A DNA stretch of 64,000 nucleotides from positions 320,001 through 384,000 of the forward strand of contig CAXXDV010000003.1 of assembly GCA_963674745.2 (NCBI GenBank). The letters are read 5' to 3'. The stretch's first letter is position 1. Each line of letters begins with the position of its first letter. The DNA is from Desulfosudaceae bacterium. GTDB taxonomy: Bacteria; Desulfobacterota; Desulfobacteria; Desulfobacterales; Desulfosudaceae. A program made the position numbers and the translations under genes. Under the pieces are notes generated by a model, which was given only the letters and a program-made list of their open reading frames with translations, ran no database searches and had not been told where the DNA came from. Positions 29,124 to 39,358 of the stretch are shown here, piece by piece.

Positions 29124-32100
29124 TTATTTTACGGCCAGGCGGTTCAAGGATTCACTGCCGATAATTTCCAGGCCTTCCATCATGCCGGTTAGCGAGCCTT
29201 CAGGTGTGAGAAAAAACACATCCGCCGACTTGATCCCGTTGTTATCCGGGGTCCGGACCCGCACTTCGCAACGCAGATCGTCCCCGTTGCGGGGGGCGTC
29301 AAAACGGAAGAATTTTTTCAGACGGGTCGGCAGGGGCGTGGCATTCATCCGGTTCCGCATCCACAAAGAAACCAGCTGAAGACCGCTGTCAATGATCAGC
29401 GGATCGATCAGCCAGTCATAATCATCGGAGGCAGCGGTCCTGGGCAGGTAAGCCTTTGGACGGGAGGCTTTCAGCCGGCCGATGATGCCGTCTTTTCCAA
29501 TGGTTTCCACATGCTGAATGCCGTGCCACAAGGGGCCGTGAAAGAGCTGCTTTTCATAAAGTTCAGAGACGGACAGGGTGAACGGCTCCGGGTCGGAAAT
29601 ATCCAGGGAAATATGCCGTCCAGGGGCCGGTTTTTCCCGAAGCAGCTCAACGTTAGCCCGGTAATAGATGCGTCGTTTATCGCGGCTGTCCCGGATCTGA
29701 ATATCCAGCGTGATCTGCCGGTTTGTGCTTATTACCGGATTCACTACGATGTTAATGGTTTCAAATCCGTTTTTCAGCACAACGCCCTTGAGCACATGAA
29801 AATTACTAAAAGTGCTGAGGAAATAGTCCGGATACCGGAAGGCCACGGCTTCGGCCATTATTTCCATGGCCATGGCCATGGGAAGTACCGGATAGCCGTC
29901 CAGTTTGTGGTCCTGGAGATAGTAATCATGATCGGTGTCCAGGCGGTGAACCAGTTCCACGTTTCCGTTTCCGCTGGGATAAAAATTGGAATTAGAAGAG
30001 AGCAGGGGCAGAGCTATCGTTCGGCTGTCGGCTGTCAGGGCTCTTTTTCGGCTGTCCCATCCGCCGTAAATGACTTCCGTGGCGGTTGCCGGTCCGTACA
30101 GAAGTTCGTTGATGAAGTGATTCACGCCCTCGTCCCGGGGAATCAGCGAAATGCCGGCGGCACTGAATTTTTCCTTGAGTTCCGCCGACACCATGCCCCG
30201 GCTTTCCCAGGGGCCCCAGATGAATGAGACGATCCGTCCCGGCCAGACCCGGTTCAGGTAAAGGGCGGTCTTGTTGTAGACTTCGTTGGCCGCGCCGTAG
30301 TCAGACTGACCGGCATTGCCGAATCTTCCGGCCACCGAAGAAAAAAGGGCCAGAAAACGAAGGCTGCCGGCCTGCAGGGCCTGGCTGAGAATAAAGAGGC
30401 TGTCCGCCTTGGTATCGAAGACCCGGTCAAATGATGTGATATCCTTGTCTTTGATCGGTTTGTCTTCAATCCGGCCGGCGCCGTGAATAACGCCGTCGAT
30501 TCCGCCATACGTTTCATTGATTGTATCGATCAAGCGGGAAAAACCTTCCGCGTCGGTGACGTCTCTTTGCAGATAATGGGCCTCAGATCCGAGTTCGCCT
30601 AACCGGTCCAGCGTTTCCCGGATTTCGCGTTGGGCGACCAGACGGTGATAGGCATTTTCAAGATCGGCCGGTCGGACTTTTTCACTTTGTGATTTCAGTT
30701 GTTCCGCCAGTATCGCTTTCAGTTGTCTTTCATCCTCGATGCCGATGGTTTCCGGATTCTCTTCCGCCAGCGGTGTTTTACCCACCAGCAGCAGCGTCGG
30801 CTGAAACCGTCTGGCCAGTTCCAGGGCTATGGCGGACGTAATCCCCCGGGCGCCGCCGGTGACCAGCAGGCGCGAACCGGGGCCAATCGTTATCTTCGGC
30901 GGATGGTTTGTTATCAACGGTTCTTCCAGAATGGCCAGAACCAGGCGGCAACCGTCCTGATATCCGACTTCGATATCCGCGGAGGGGGTCAGCAGTTCGT
31001 TGGTAATCTGGGTGGCAATGGTTTGTGGCGTGTCTTTGGGATCGTTATCCACAACCCGTATATTGAGGCCCGGCATTTCTTCGGCCAGGGCCTTTAAAAA
31101 ACCGCTGACGCCGCCGCCGACCGGCGAAAAATCCGGTTCGCCGGGTTTTTCGATTTCGACGACGCTGGCAAAAGTACCGCCCATGGCCGTAGCTGCAACA
31201 ATCCCGGAGACACCCGCCGGATTCGCCGAGGTCAGGTCCGTGGCCAGCAGTTTGGTGAGATAGAAGAGGCTTTTGATCATTGTCGCCGCTTCTTTTTTCC
31301 AGGTGGCCAGATCCGGGAAGGGGAAAGCACTGCCCGCTGCCAGAGGTGCCAGATGGAGCAGGGCGGTAACTGGGCCGTGGGTTTCCCGGATGTCATCCAC
31401 CGTTTCGGCCAGCCGGTCAAAATTTGTGAAATCCGCGCAATATACGGCCGTGTTGAAGTTTTCCGCGGTCAGATCCGTTGCCGGCAGATCATGCTCGAGA
31501 ATGATGACATTATAGCCCAGAGGTTCAAGCCCGGCCACAACCGCCCGGGCCAGCGGATCCCCCGGTATCATGGTCACCAGCACGGTGCCCTCGGCGGGAA
31601 ATGATTCCGGACTGACAATCAGGCCGCGTTTTTTGGCATAGAGGGTATATCGCCTGACCGGTGGTATATGGAGCGGGTCCGGCCGCTCTTCCGACGGTAA
31701 CGTGCCCGGCACCGAGGGGATTATCTGCTGTTCCATCCAGTCAGTCAAATCACCGAGACACGCGGCGTCCCCGGGAAACGGCCGGTCGGCTGCCGTCTTT
31801 GCGCCGGGTATGTCGGATTTAAACACTTCTGTCCATTTTGCGATAACCGTTTCTGTCAGCGCCTTGTCCATATTCAGATCGTTTTTCAGCCTAAGGTCCG
31901 GTTCCAGTATTTCCGCAGGATAGCCGGTATGCGATTCAACGATTTGATATAATACGTTCCTGACTGTCTTCTGGTCAGCGGTCAGGGAGGCCGTCGACGG
32001 CGTGACGGTCTCCGCTTTCCCAACAGCGGACGCTTTGTCGTCGATATTTTCTGTTTTTAACTGGTCCCCGATGACGGATTCCAGGCCGATTACAATATCG

Positions 32101-35100
32101 TTCAGCGTGACGCTTCTCCCCAGGCGTTCCCGGCCGGCATCGGTCATCTGGATATGGTGTTCCGCCAGTTTCTCCTCAAAGTGGGCCAACACCTCCATCC
32201 GTTTGATGGAATCAATACCCAGTTCCGCGTCAATCTCCTGATCCAGTTCCAGCATATCGGCGGGATAGCCGGTCAGGTCGCCGACAATGGAGATCAGGGT
32301 GGCTTTGATGTCAAACGGGGCGACGGTTGTGACGGCCGGGGCTGATGCGGCCACCTTACCGGCCGGTGGCCCCTGGGCTTCCGATACCAGGGCCTGCAGG
32401 CCGTCCAGCAGGTCCGCCAGCGTATGACTGGCCACCAGGCTTTCCATTCTGCTTTCCTGAAGCGTGACGCCATGCTGCTCCAGGGCGGTCTCCAACTCCA
32501 TCATGGCCTGCATCCGTTTGATGGAATCGATGCCCAGGTCGGCGTCAATTTCCTGGTCCAGTTCCAGCATTTCCACGGGGTAGCCGGTGCAGTCGCTGAC
32601 GATTTCCAGCAGAATGGTTTTCACATCAAGGGATGGGATGCGTTCCTCTTTTTCCGGAACGGTTGTTTTCGTTGCCGAAAGGTCCGGGGAAGCGACCGGT
32701 GGAACACTGAAGTCCGGTGGCCGGTCGGAAATGGGATGGTTTATATCCGGTTGAACCATTTCCGGCATGATTCCGTTTACTGAAACAGGGCCGATGGCGG
32801 TCTCGTATCCCCGGCATTCCCCGAGCCCGGCGCGGTCTGACGATCCGCCGTTCAGCCAGGCTGTCATAACCGCTTTTTGTGTGTCCAGAAACTGACTCAT
32901 TAAATCCTGAAATCTGGCAATCATCATATCATCCGTGGTCGCCGGATTCCTGTTTGTCTCTATGGGCACGGACTGGCCCTGTTGATCGGTTGGTGAAGGC
33001 ATGGTCTGGCTGTTCCACTCCCATTCAAAGGTATTAATGTTATTAAAATCCGTCGGGTTTTCGGTGTTCCCGGTTTCTGTCTCTTGCGCTTCATCGACAA
33101 AACCGACCGGTCGCGGAACAACGCGTTCCGGGGGCGGTTGGTCGGCGGGGCGAACCGTCCCGCTGCCGATGATAAAGCGGGCTTCAGGAATATCGGATTT
33201 TTCGTCAGAAAGCGTATCCTGCCGGTCAAATCGCCGGCAATCACGCCCCGCGAACAGCCGCTCCAGTTGCAACTCAACGCCGGCCACAAATATGACCGCC
33301 AGGGCATGCTGCAGTTCTGTTACGTCCGCCCTGCCTTTTTTGTTTGTGGCTACAGCCTGGTGTGGTTTGTCTTTAAGAATGGCTTTGATCAAATTGGTCA
33401 GAACGCTGTTGGCGCCGACCTCTATGAAAATCCGAGCGCCGGCTTCATACATGGCTGAAATTTCCGCTGAGAAGCGAACCGGGCTGACCAGTTGTCCGGC
33501 CATCAGTTTTTTGATTTCCGGCCCGTTTTCGGGGAAAGGGGCGGCAATGGTATTTGAAAAAACCGGTCTTTGAGGGACGCCAAAATCAATATTTTCCAGG
33601 AAATTTTCCAGTTTTGACTTCGCGGCGTCAACGAGGGGGCTATGAAAGGCGCATGCCACGGGAATTGTTTTGCATGGTATTTTCTCTTGTTCGAGTTTTT
33701 CCATAGCCGCTTTGACCCCGGCCCGGCTGCCGCTGATGACGGTCTGTGACGGTGCATTCAGGTTGGCGATCCAGACCCGATCCAGGTCTTTGAGCAGTGG
33801 GATGACTTCCGACTCAGATGCTTTGACCGCGGCCATGGTGCCGGGCTCTGACCCGGACGATTCGAGGATAAAACGCCCCCGGGCTTCGGAAATCCGGGCC
33901 AGGTCTTTTTCTGCCAGAACCCCTGCCGCAAACAGGGCGGGATATTCGCCGTAACTGTGACCGGCCGTCATATCGGGAACGACGCCCAGAGTCGTCAGCA
34001 ACTCATGCATAGCCGTGTCCACCGCGCCCATGGCAGCCTGGGTAACGTCGGCCCGGGTCAAGGCGGATTCATCGGCTTTTTTTTCTTTGTCGGTAAAATA
34101 AATCGGTGGATTAATAATTCGGCTCAGACCGGCGGGAAAAGCTTTTGCAAGATGCCGGTCGAAACGTTCCAGCGTTTCCCGGACCAGGGGAAAGGACAGG
34201 GCCAGATCGTTGAGCATACCGGGATACTGGGATCCCTGACCGGGATAAACAAAGGCGATTTTGCCTGTTTCCGAAACCGGCCTGTAGCTGAAATAGACAC
34301 CCGGGATGTGTCGGTCCCGGGTGTCTTGTTCGGCCAACAACATCAGGGCTGTCTTGATCTTGTTTTTCAGATCGTCTGTGGAGGAAGCTACGACGGCCAG
34401 GCGGACATTGTTCTCCGCCGATGGGGTCACGGCCATGGTGTAGGCCAGGTCTTTCAGGGGTGTTTCCGGATATCGGGCCAGCTGATTTTCCAGGTATTGG
34501 ATACGGCCGGTAACCGCCCCGGTTGTTTTCCCCTGAAAAACAAAAAGTTCCGATTCCCATTCCGGCTTGAAAGCCGTTTTTCCGGCGGATCCTGTCGGCC
34601 CGGAATATTCCTCCAGTACCGCGTGGAAGTTTGTTCCGCCGAAGCCGAAGGCACTGACGCCGGCCCGCCGGGGCCGGCCGGCGGTGGCAAACCAGGGCCG
34701 GGCCCGGGTGTTCAGGTATAAGGGATTGTCTTCACCGGTCAGATCGGGGACCGGTTTTTCCAGGCCTGCCGTCGGCGGGATCACCTTGTGGTGCAGGGCC
34801 AGAACGGTTTTGACCAGTGAAGCGATACCGGCCGCGCATTTGGTATGGCCGATCATTGATTTGATCGACCCTACGGCACAGCTGCGGGGGGGCATATCCG
34901 TCCCCGAGAAAAAGGCGTGCAGGGCGGCGGCTTCGGATTTGTCACCTGCGACTGTACTGGTGCCATGGGCTTCGATCAAAGAGATGGTTGCCGGTTCGAT
35001 AGCGGCCCTTTCATAGGCCCGGGCCAGGGCCGCGATCTGTCCCTCCGGCTTGGGAACGGTCAACCCCTTGCCGCGCCCGTCACTGGAAGCCCCGACGGAC

Positions 35101-35981
35101 TTAATAACGGCGTAAATCGGGTCGCCATCTCTTTCGGCGTCGGCCAGGCGCTTTAAGATAACCGTGGCCACCCCCTCTCCCAGAACAATACCATCGGCGT
35201 CCTGATCAAAGGGGATGCTTTTGCCGGTCGCGGACAGGGCGCCGACTTTGGAAAAACAGGTGTAGGCATAGGGGCTCATCAGCGTGTCCGTACCACCCAC
35301 GATGACCATATCGCTCTCCCCGGTCGCAAGCTCCAGGATACCCGTTCGCAGGGCGGCCAGGGCCGAGGCACAGGCCGCGTCAATGGTACAATTGGTGCCG
35401 CCGAGATTGAACCGGTCGGCGATCCGGCCGGCGGCAATATTGGTGATGATGCCGGTAAAGGCGTCTTCGCGCCATTCAGGGACCGCCGTACCGAGGCCGG
35501 ATAGAATATGGTCGGCACTTTCCCCGAAAAACCGGGGGACTTGCGATCGGAAACTGTATTGCTGACCCAGATCACCTTCGCCGGCGCCTGCGCCGACGAA
35601 CACGGATGTCCGGCTCCGGTTAAATTCGCGGTCCATGTAACCGGCGTCGTCCAGGGCCAGCCGGGTGCTTTCCAGGACCAGCAGCTGTGCTGTTTCGATG
35701 AATTTTAAAGCCTTGGGCGGGATGCCGAATTGAAGGGGGTTAAAAGGAATATCCGGCAGAAATGCGCCCCACTTGGATACAATACGGTCTTTCCCAGTGG
35801 GGGCGGTGTCGAAATAATACCGACTGTCCCATCTTTGAGGCGGGATCTCCGTAATCGATACAGTCCCTTTGACAATATTCTGCCAATAGGACTTTAAATC
35901 CGGTGCATCCGGAAAAAATCCGGCCATTCCGATAACAGCTATGTCAGTTACGGCACTGACATTTTGATCCGCGTGTGTCAT
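29124..35981 (-). CDS. PfaA/HglE-like iterative type I PKS: KS-AT-ACP-ACP-(degenerate ACP)-KR-DH
   Basis: KS DAACASA/HGTST/GHTK; AT GHSYG..AFHS; two LGIDSIK ACPs; KR TGGARGIT..YGAAN; DH HKLDGYPVLP..DSGLQ. Confidence 0.93.
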   Translation of the reverse strand: MTHADQNVSAVTDIAVIGMAGFFPDAPDLKSYWQNIVKGTVSITEIPPQRWDSRYYFDTAPTGKDRIVSKWGAFLPDIPFNPLQFGIPPKALKFIETAQLLVLESTRLALDDAGYMDREFNRSRTSVFVGAGAGEGDLGQQYSFRSQVPRFFGESADHILSGLGTAVPEWREDAFTGIITNIAAGRIADRFNLGGTNCTIDAACASALAALRTGILELATGESDMVIVGGTDTLMSPYAYTCFSKVGALSATGKSIPFDQDADGIVLGEGVATVILKRLADAERDGDPIYAVIKSVGASSDGRGKGLTVPKPEGQIAALARAYERAAIEPATISLIEAHGTSTVAGDKSEAAALHAFFSGTDMPPRSCAVGSIKSMIGHTKCAAGIASLVKTVLALHHKVIPPTAGLEKPVPDLTGEDNPLYLNTRARPWFATAGRPRRAGVSAFGFGGTNFHAVLEEYSGPTGSAGKTAFKPEWESELFVFQGKTTGAVTGRIQYLENQLARYPETPLKDLAYTMAVTPSAENNVRLAVVASSTDDLKNKIKTALMLLAEQDTRDRHIPGVYFSYRPVSETGKIAFVYPGQGSQYPGMLNDLALSFPLVRETLERFDRHLAKAFPAGLSRIINPPIYFTDKEKKADESALTRADVTQAAMGAVDTAMHELLTTLGVVPDMTAGHSYGEYPALFAAGVLAEKDLARISEARGRFILESSGSEPGTMAAVKASESEVIPLLKDLDRVWIANLNAPSQTVISGSRAGVKAAMEKLEQEKIPCKTIPVACAFHSPLVDAAKSKLENFLENIDFGVPQRPVFSNTIAAPFPENGPEIKKLMAGQLVSPVRFSAEISAMYEAGARIFIEVGANSVLTNLIKAILKDKPHQAVATNKKGRADVTELQHALAVIFVAGVELQLERLFAGRDCRRFDRQDTLSDEKSDIPEARFIIGSGTVRPADQPPPERVVPRPVGFVDEAQETETGNTENPTDFNNINTFEWEWNSQTMPSPTDQQGQSVPIETNRNPATTDDMMIARFQDLMSQFLDTQKAVMTAWLNGGSSDRAGLGECRGYETAIGPVSVNGIMPEMVQPDINHPISDRPPDFSVPPVASPDLSATKTTVPEKEERIPSLDVKTILLEIVSDCTGYPVEMLELDQEIDADLGIDSIKRMQAMMELETALEQHGVTLQESRMESLVASHTLADLLDGLQALVSEAQGPPAGKVAASAPAVTTVAPFDIKATLISIVGDLTGYPADMLELDQEIDAELGIDSIKRMEVLAHFEEKLAEHHIQMTDAGRERLGRSVTLNDIVIGLESVIGDQLKTENIDDKASAVGKAETVTPSTASLTADQKTVRNVLYQIVESHTGYPAEILEPDLRLKNDLNMDKALTETVIAKWTEVFKSDIPGAKTAADRPFPGDAACLGDLTDWMEQQIIPSVPGTLPSEERPDPLHIPPVRRYTLYAKKRGLIVSPESFPAEGTVLVTMIPGDPLARAVVAGLEPLGYNVIILEHDLPATDLTAENFNTAVYCADFTNFDRLAETVDDIRETHGPVTALLHLAPLAAGSAFPFPDLATWKKEAATMIKSLFYLTKLLATDLTSANPAGVSGIVAATAMGGTFASVVEIEKPGEPDFSPVGGGVSGFLKALAEEMPGLNIRVVDNDPKDTPQTIATQITNELLTPSADIEVGYQDGCRLVLAILEEPLITNHPPKITIGPGSRLLVTGGARGITSAIALELARRFQPTLLLVGKTPLAEENPETIGIEDERQLKAILAEQLKSQSEKVRPADLENAYHRLVAQREIRETLDRLGELGSEAHYLQRDVTDAEGFSRLIDTINETYGGIDGVIHGAGRIEDKPIKDKDITSFDRVFDTKADSLFILSQALQAGSLRFLALFSSVAGRFGNAGQSDYGAANEVYNKTALYLNRVWPGRIVSFIWGPWESRGMVSAELKEKFSAAGISLIPRDEGVNHFINELLYGPATATEVIYGGWDSRKRALTADSRTIALPLLSSNSNFYPSGNGNVELVHRLDTDHDYYLQDHKLDGYPVLPMAMAMEIMAEAVAFRYPDYFLSTFSNFHVLKGVVLKNGFETINIVVNPVISTNRQITLDIQIRDSRDKRRIYYRANVELLREKPAPGRHISLDISDPEPFTLSVSELYEKQLFHGPLWHGIQHVETIGKDGIIGRLKASRPKAYLPRTAASDDYDWLIDPLIIDSGLQLVSLWMRNRMNATPLPTRLKKFFRFDAPRNGDDLRCEVRVRTPDNNGIKSADVFFLTPEGSLTGMMEGLEIIGSESLNRLAVK

Positions 35982-36194
35982 TTACCCCCCCCAACTTCTC
36001 ATGAGAGTATTGATGATAACTGTGGATAAAACTGTTGCTTGCATATGCCGATATCAAGTGGTCATTTTTTTAAGAGCGCTTTTGATACCGAACTATTTTT
36101 AAGAAATCCCCTTTTTCTCCCCCATGGCGATCGATGACAGTATCATCAACCCCATTCTCCGATATGAACAAAAACCATAAAAAACGAACGGTTA

Positions 36195-36243
36195 AATAAA
36201 ACAAAAAGCCGGGCTGCCCGTTTTTAATCAGGGCAACCCGGCT
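36195..36243 (-). terminator. Intrinsic terminator overlapping the 3' end of the riboswitch aptamer
   Basis: AGCCGGGTTGCCC / GGGCAGCCCGGCT stem followed by TTTTGTTTTATTT on minus strand. Confidence 0.8.
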
Positions 36244-36310
36244 GTCTTTTGTTTAAAGATCCTGGGCTTTCCGTCATCCGGTCATCCGGATGTTGGCTTT
36301 TTCCTTAATT
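36225..36310 (-). ncRNA. c-di-GMP-I (GEMM-I)-like riboswitch upstream of the PKS operon
   Basis: Minus strand AAAGCCAA-CATCCGG-ATGA-CCGGATG-ACGG-AAAGCCCAGGATCT...AGACAGCCGGGTTGCC matches the GEMM-I P2/P3 layout. Confidence 0.8.
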
Positions 36311-36635
36311 TTGTACATTTGTACAGTTGTTATCTTTTTTGCAAACAGCGTTATTGTTAACGATAACGCTGTTCCGCCTGATAACGATTTTTTAATTAAG
36401 TGTATTAAAAATCATTTGTCAAGAAAAAAATTGGACTGCCCAACATATTTTAGTTTTTCATATAACTGTTTCGATTTAAAAAGAAAATTGTTTTTCTTTT
36501 CCTTTTCAGGCACATCCTTCAAGGCTTTAAATCCGAACCGCACAGCCTTGTTCATGCGCTTTTATGGCGTGGCACGGGTCGGGACAGATGTCGAATAACA
36601 TTATGGAAAACAGTCGCTGATGATGTTTTCGAATC

Positions 36636-36651
36636 TGGACTATATAGTCAA
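36636..36651 (-). promoter_or_regulatory. Palindromic operator-like site TTGACT-N4-AGTCCA
   Basis: GACTATATAGTC palindrome in the divergent PKS/MFS intergenic region; resembles the sites at 59407 and 60688. Confidence 0.4.
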
Positions 36652-36780
36652 TTTATTAAAATGGTTTTTTATTTATTTTTTTTTATATCCCGTATATGGG
36701 TTTATGGGTGACTACGGTCCGGGCCGAGAAGTTTTTTACACGATTCGCATCCGTACAAAGACGGAGGTAAAACCGGCGTT

Positions 36781-37974
36781 ATGTTGGCGGTAGCAGACAG
36801 AAAAGTTTTTGCGACGCTTTTTTTTTCCATATTCAGTGCGGTGATGGGGGTGGGCATCGTCGTGCCGCTGATCCCCATTTATGCAGAAAGCCTGGGGGCC
36901 GGCGGTCTTTATATCGGTTTTGTTTTTGCCTCTTTTTCATTGTCCCGGTCTTTTCTGCTGCCGCTGTTCGGCAAGCTGTCCGATAAGACCGGGCGTAAAC
37001 CTTATATTTTTTTAGGGCTCTTCGGCTACACCCTGGTTTCGGTCGCATTTATCTTTTCCGATTCGGTCCAGGGCCTGATTGTTATCCGTTTTTTCCAGGG
37101 CATTGCCTCGGCCATGGTGATGCCCGTGGTTCAGGCTTATGTGGGTGATATCACACCTGAAAACATGGAAGGCCGGGTTATGGGCATGTTTAACATGTCC
37201 ATGTTCATCGGCCTGAGTATCGGCCCTTTGGCCGGCGGATTTATCAGTGATGCCCTGGGCATGCGGGGCGCGTTTCTGTGTATGGGCGTATTGACGTTTA
37301 CCGGGGCCTTGATGAGTCTGTTGTTCCTTCCCCCGGTGAAGAAAGAACCGGCCGGCCGCCGTGCTAAACAGTCACCGGCGGGCTGGGGCGTGCTTTTGAA
37401 GGATCCGGCATTATGGGCGATTCTTTCCCTTCGTTTTGCTCATGTTTTCTGCATCGGCGTTGTCTGGTGCTTTCTACCGCTGATGTCCAAGAATTTCGGG
37501 TTGTCGACAGGCACCATTGGCTTTTTGATCATGCTGGGCGTGTTCATGAGCGGTATCCTCCAGGTCCCCATGGGAAGGGTCGCCGATCAGGTGGATAAAA
37601 AAAAGATGGCCCTGCTGGGGGCGCTGATTGTGGCCCTGGATATGCTCGGCTATCAATGGGCCCGGGGGTTCTGGGGACTTCTGGCCGCCAGTATCGGTTT
37701 CGGCCTGGGCGGCGGTATTGCCATGCCGCCCTTGATGGCCATGGCCGTCATCAAAGGCGCCCGGACCGGAGCCATGGGGTCGGTCATGTCCCTGCTTACG
37801 CTGGCACACAGCCTGGGCATGCTTTTCGGTGCCCTGAGCGCCGGAATCCTGATGGATTTGTATGGCGTCCGGCAAGGCTTTTTGCTGGCGGCCATGTTTA
37901 TGCTGATGGGGGCGGTCTTTTTCGGGACCTGCTCATATCTTTATAAACGCCGGGCACAAAACGATTTACCTTGA
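36781..37974 (+). CDS. MFS transporter (DHA1-like)
   Basis: Motif A GKLSDKTGRK; IRFFQG; about 12 hydrophobic segments; GGAGG RBS. Confidence 0.92.
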   Translation: MLAVADRKVFATLFFSIFSAVMGVGIVVPLIPIYAESLGAGGLYIGFVFASFSLSRSFLLPLFGKLSDKTGRKPYIFLGLFGYTLVSVAFIFSDSVQGLIVIRFFQGIASAMVMPVVQAYVGDITPENMEGRVMGMFNMSMFIGLSIGPLAGGFISDALGMRGAFLCMGVLTFTGALMSLLFLPPVKKEPAGRRAKQSPAGWGVLLKDPALWAILSLRFAHVFCIGVVWCFLPLMSKNFGLSTGTIGFLIMLGVFMSGILQVPMGRVADQVDKKKMALLGALIVALDMLGYQWARGFWGLLAASIGFGLGGGIAMPPLMAMAVIKGARTGAMGSVMSLLTLAHSLGMLFGALSAGILMDLYGVRQGFLLAAMFMLMGAVFFGTCSYLYKRRAQNDLP

Positions 37975-38106
37975 TTGCGCCTGATTGACACCTTTATCGG
38001 GTTTCTATAAGATGTCGGGGCAATAAGCATAAGGGGCACCTCTAAAGAGTGATGTCGTCGGTTATCGCGCTGTGTCGAAAATGAATTTGAATTGCGGATT
38101 GCTTAT

Positions 38107-38826
38107 ATGTGGAAAATGGTCATGCTCATGATGGCGTCTTTTATGCTGATGCCCCCTCCGGACGGCCGGGCCGGTGATTCTCCGGACGAATGTGTTATCC
38201 TTCTGCACGGATTGGCCCGGACAGAGCGCTCGATGGAAAAGCTCGGCCGGCACCTTGCTGCCCAAGGCTACGGCGTTGTTAATGCCGGCTATCCCTCTCG
38301 AACGGCAACTGTTCAGGAACTGGCCGAAGAAACCATTCCATCGGCTGTGGCCGGGTGCCGTGACAACGGCGCCAAAAAGATCCATTTTGTCACTCATTCC
38401 ATGGGCGGTATCCTGGTCAGATATTATCTTGCTCATAACAGCCTGCCTGAACTCGGGCGGGTGGTCATGCTGGCACCGCCCAACAACGGCAGCCCGGTGG
38501 TTGATAAACTGAAAAACAATTTTACGTTCCAGTGGCTTAACGGCCCGGCCGGGCAGCAACTGGGCACCGGCGAAAGCAGCCTGCCGAAAAGCCTGGGCCC
38601 GGTCGATTTCGACCTGGGTGTCATTGCCGGGGACCGGTCGGTTAACCTGTTGTTGTCCCGGATGATCCCCGGCCCTGATGACGGCAAGGTGGCGGTGGCC
38701 GATACACGGGTCGAAGGCATGAAGGACCACATTGTCATTCATGCCACGCATCCGTTTATTATGAAAAACGCACAGGTCATTGACCAGGCACTCTTTTTTT
38801 TGAAGAAGGGGGCTTTCAAAAGATAG
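38107..38826 (+). CDS. Exported alpha/beta hydrolase (lipase/esterase-like)
   Basis: ILLHGLAR, THSMGG, APPNNGS, DDGKV, ATH. Confidence 0.85.
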   Translation: MWKMVMLMMASFMLMPPPDGRAGDSPDECVILLHGLARTERSMEKLGRHLAAQGYGVVNAGYPSRTATVQELAEETIPSAVAGCRDNGAKKIHFVTHSMGGILVRYYLAHNSLPELGRVVMLAPPNNGSPVVDKLKNNFTFQWLNGPAGQQLGTGESSLPKSLGPVDFDLGVIAGDRSVNLLLSRMIPGPDDGKVAVADTRVEGMKDHIVIHATHPFIMKNAQVIDQALFFLKKGAFKR

Positions 38827-38840
38827 GGGGAGGGCCGGGT

Positions 38841-39356
38841 ATGAATCGAAAAGCAATCAATATCAGCTGGGCCTTTATTGCCCTGGGTATGCTGGGGGTA
38901 TTTTATTCAAACCTGAATCCCGATGCCTTCTCCCGCAACATGGTTACGGATTATTTTAAAAATAATAAATCGATACTCCAACCGTATTTAAACGCTGATG
39001 CCATATATGACAATTACGCCAAAAGCGGAAATGTCTTTGTCGGGTTTTCCGGTTTTGATCTTTCAGATGAAATCCAGATGGGCATGATGGAAACGTTTTA
39101 TTTTCGTGGCGCTTATTCTTTATATCCCAGAAAAGTTTATATCGCGGACAAGGACAAGGTAGTCAATAATGCCCGGGATATGGCACGGCATAACGTCATG
39201 CCGTCGATTGATATGATCCAGAACAACCGGATAGAATACGTTCTGTTTTTAAAAAATGGATCGGATGACGGCGGTGTCGGGCTGAATGTATATACGGCTC
39301 CGAGATTTATTGAAAAGTTAAATAAAGTGCAGATAAAGCAAGGTATTGAGCGCTGA
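38841..39356 (+). CDS. Hypothetical membrane-anchored protein
   Basis: N-terminal TM; GGAGG RBS; YSLYP motif; 2 bp upstream of the next gene. Confidence 0.65.
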   Translation: MNRKAINISWAFIALGMLGVFYSNLNPDAFSRNMVTDYFKNNKSILQPYLNADAIYDNYAKSGNVFVGFSGFDLSDEIQMGMMETFYFRGAYSLYPRKVYIADKDKVVNNARDMARHNVMPSIDMIQNNRIEYVLFLKNGSDDGGVGLNVYTAPRFIEKLNKVQIKQGIER

Positions 39357-39358
39357 CC

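Noticed and set aside
36021..36029. Perfect DnaA box TGTGGATAA as a replication origin
   Set aside because: Single copy with no box cluster or origin-associated genes
36570..36585. TGGCAC as a sigma54 promoter for the MFS gene
   Set aside because: No TTGC at the -12 position
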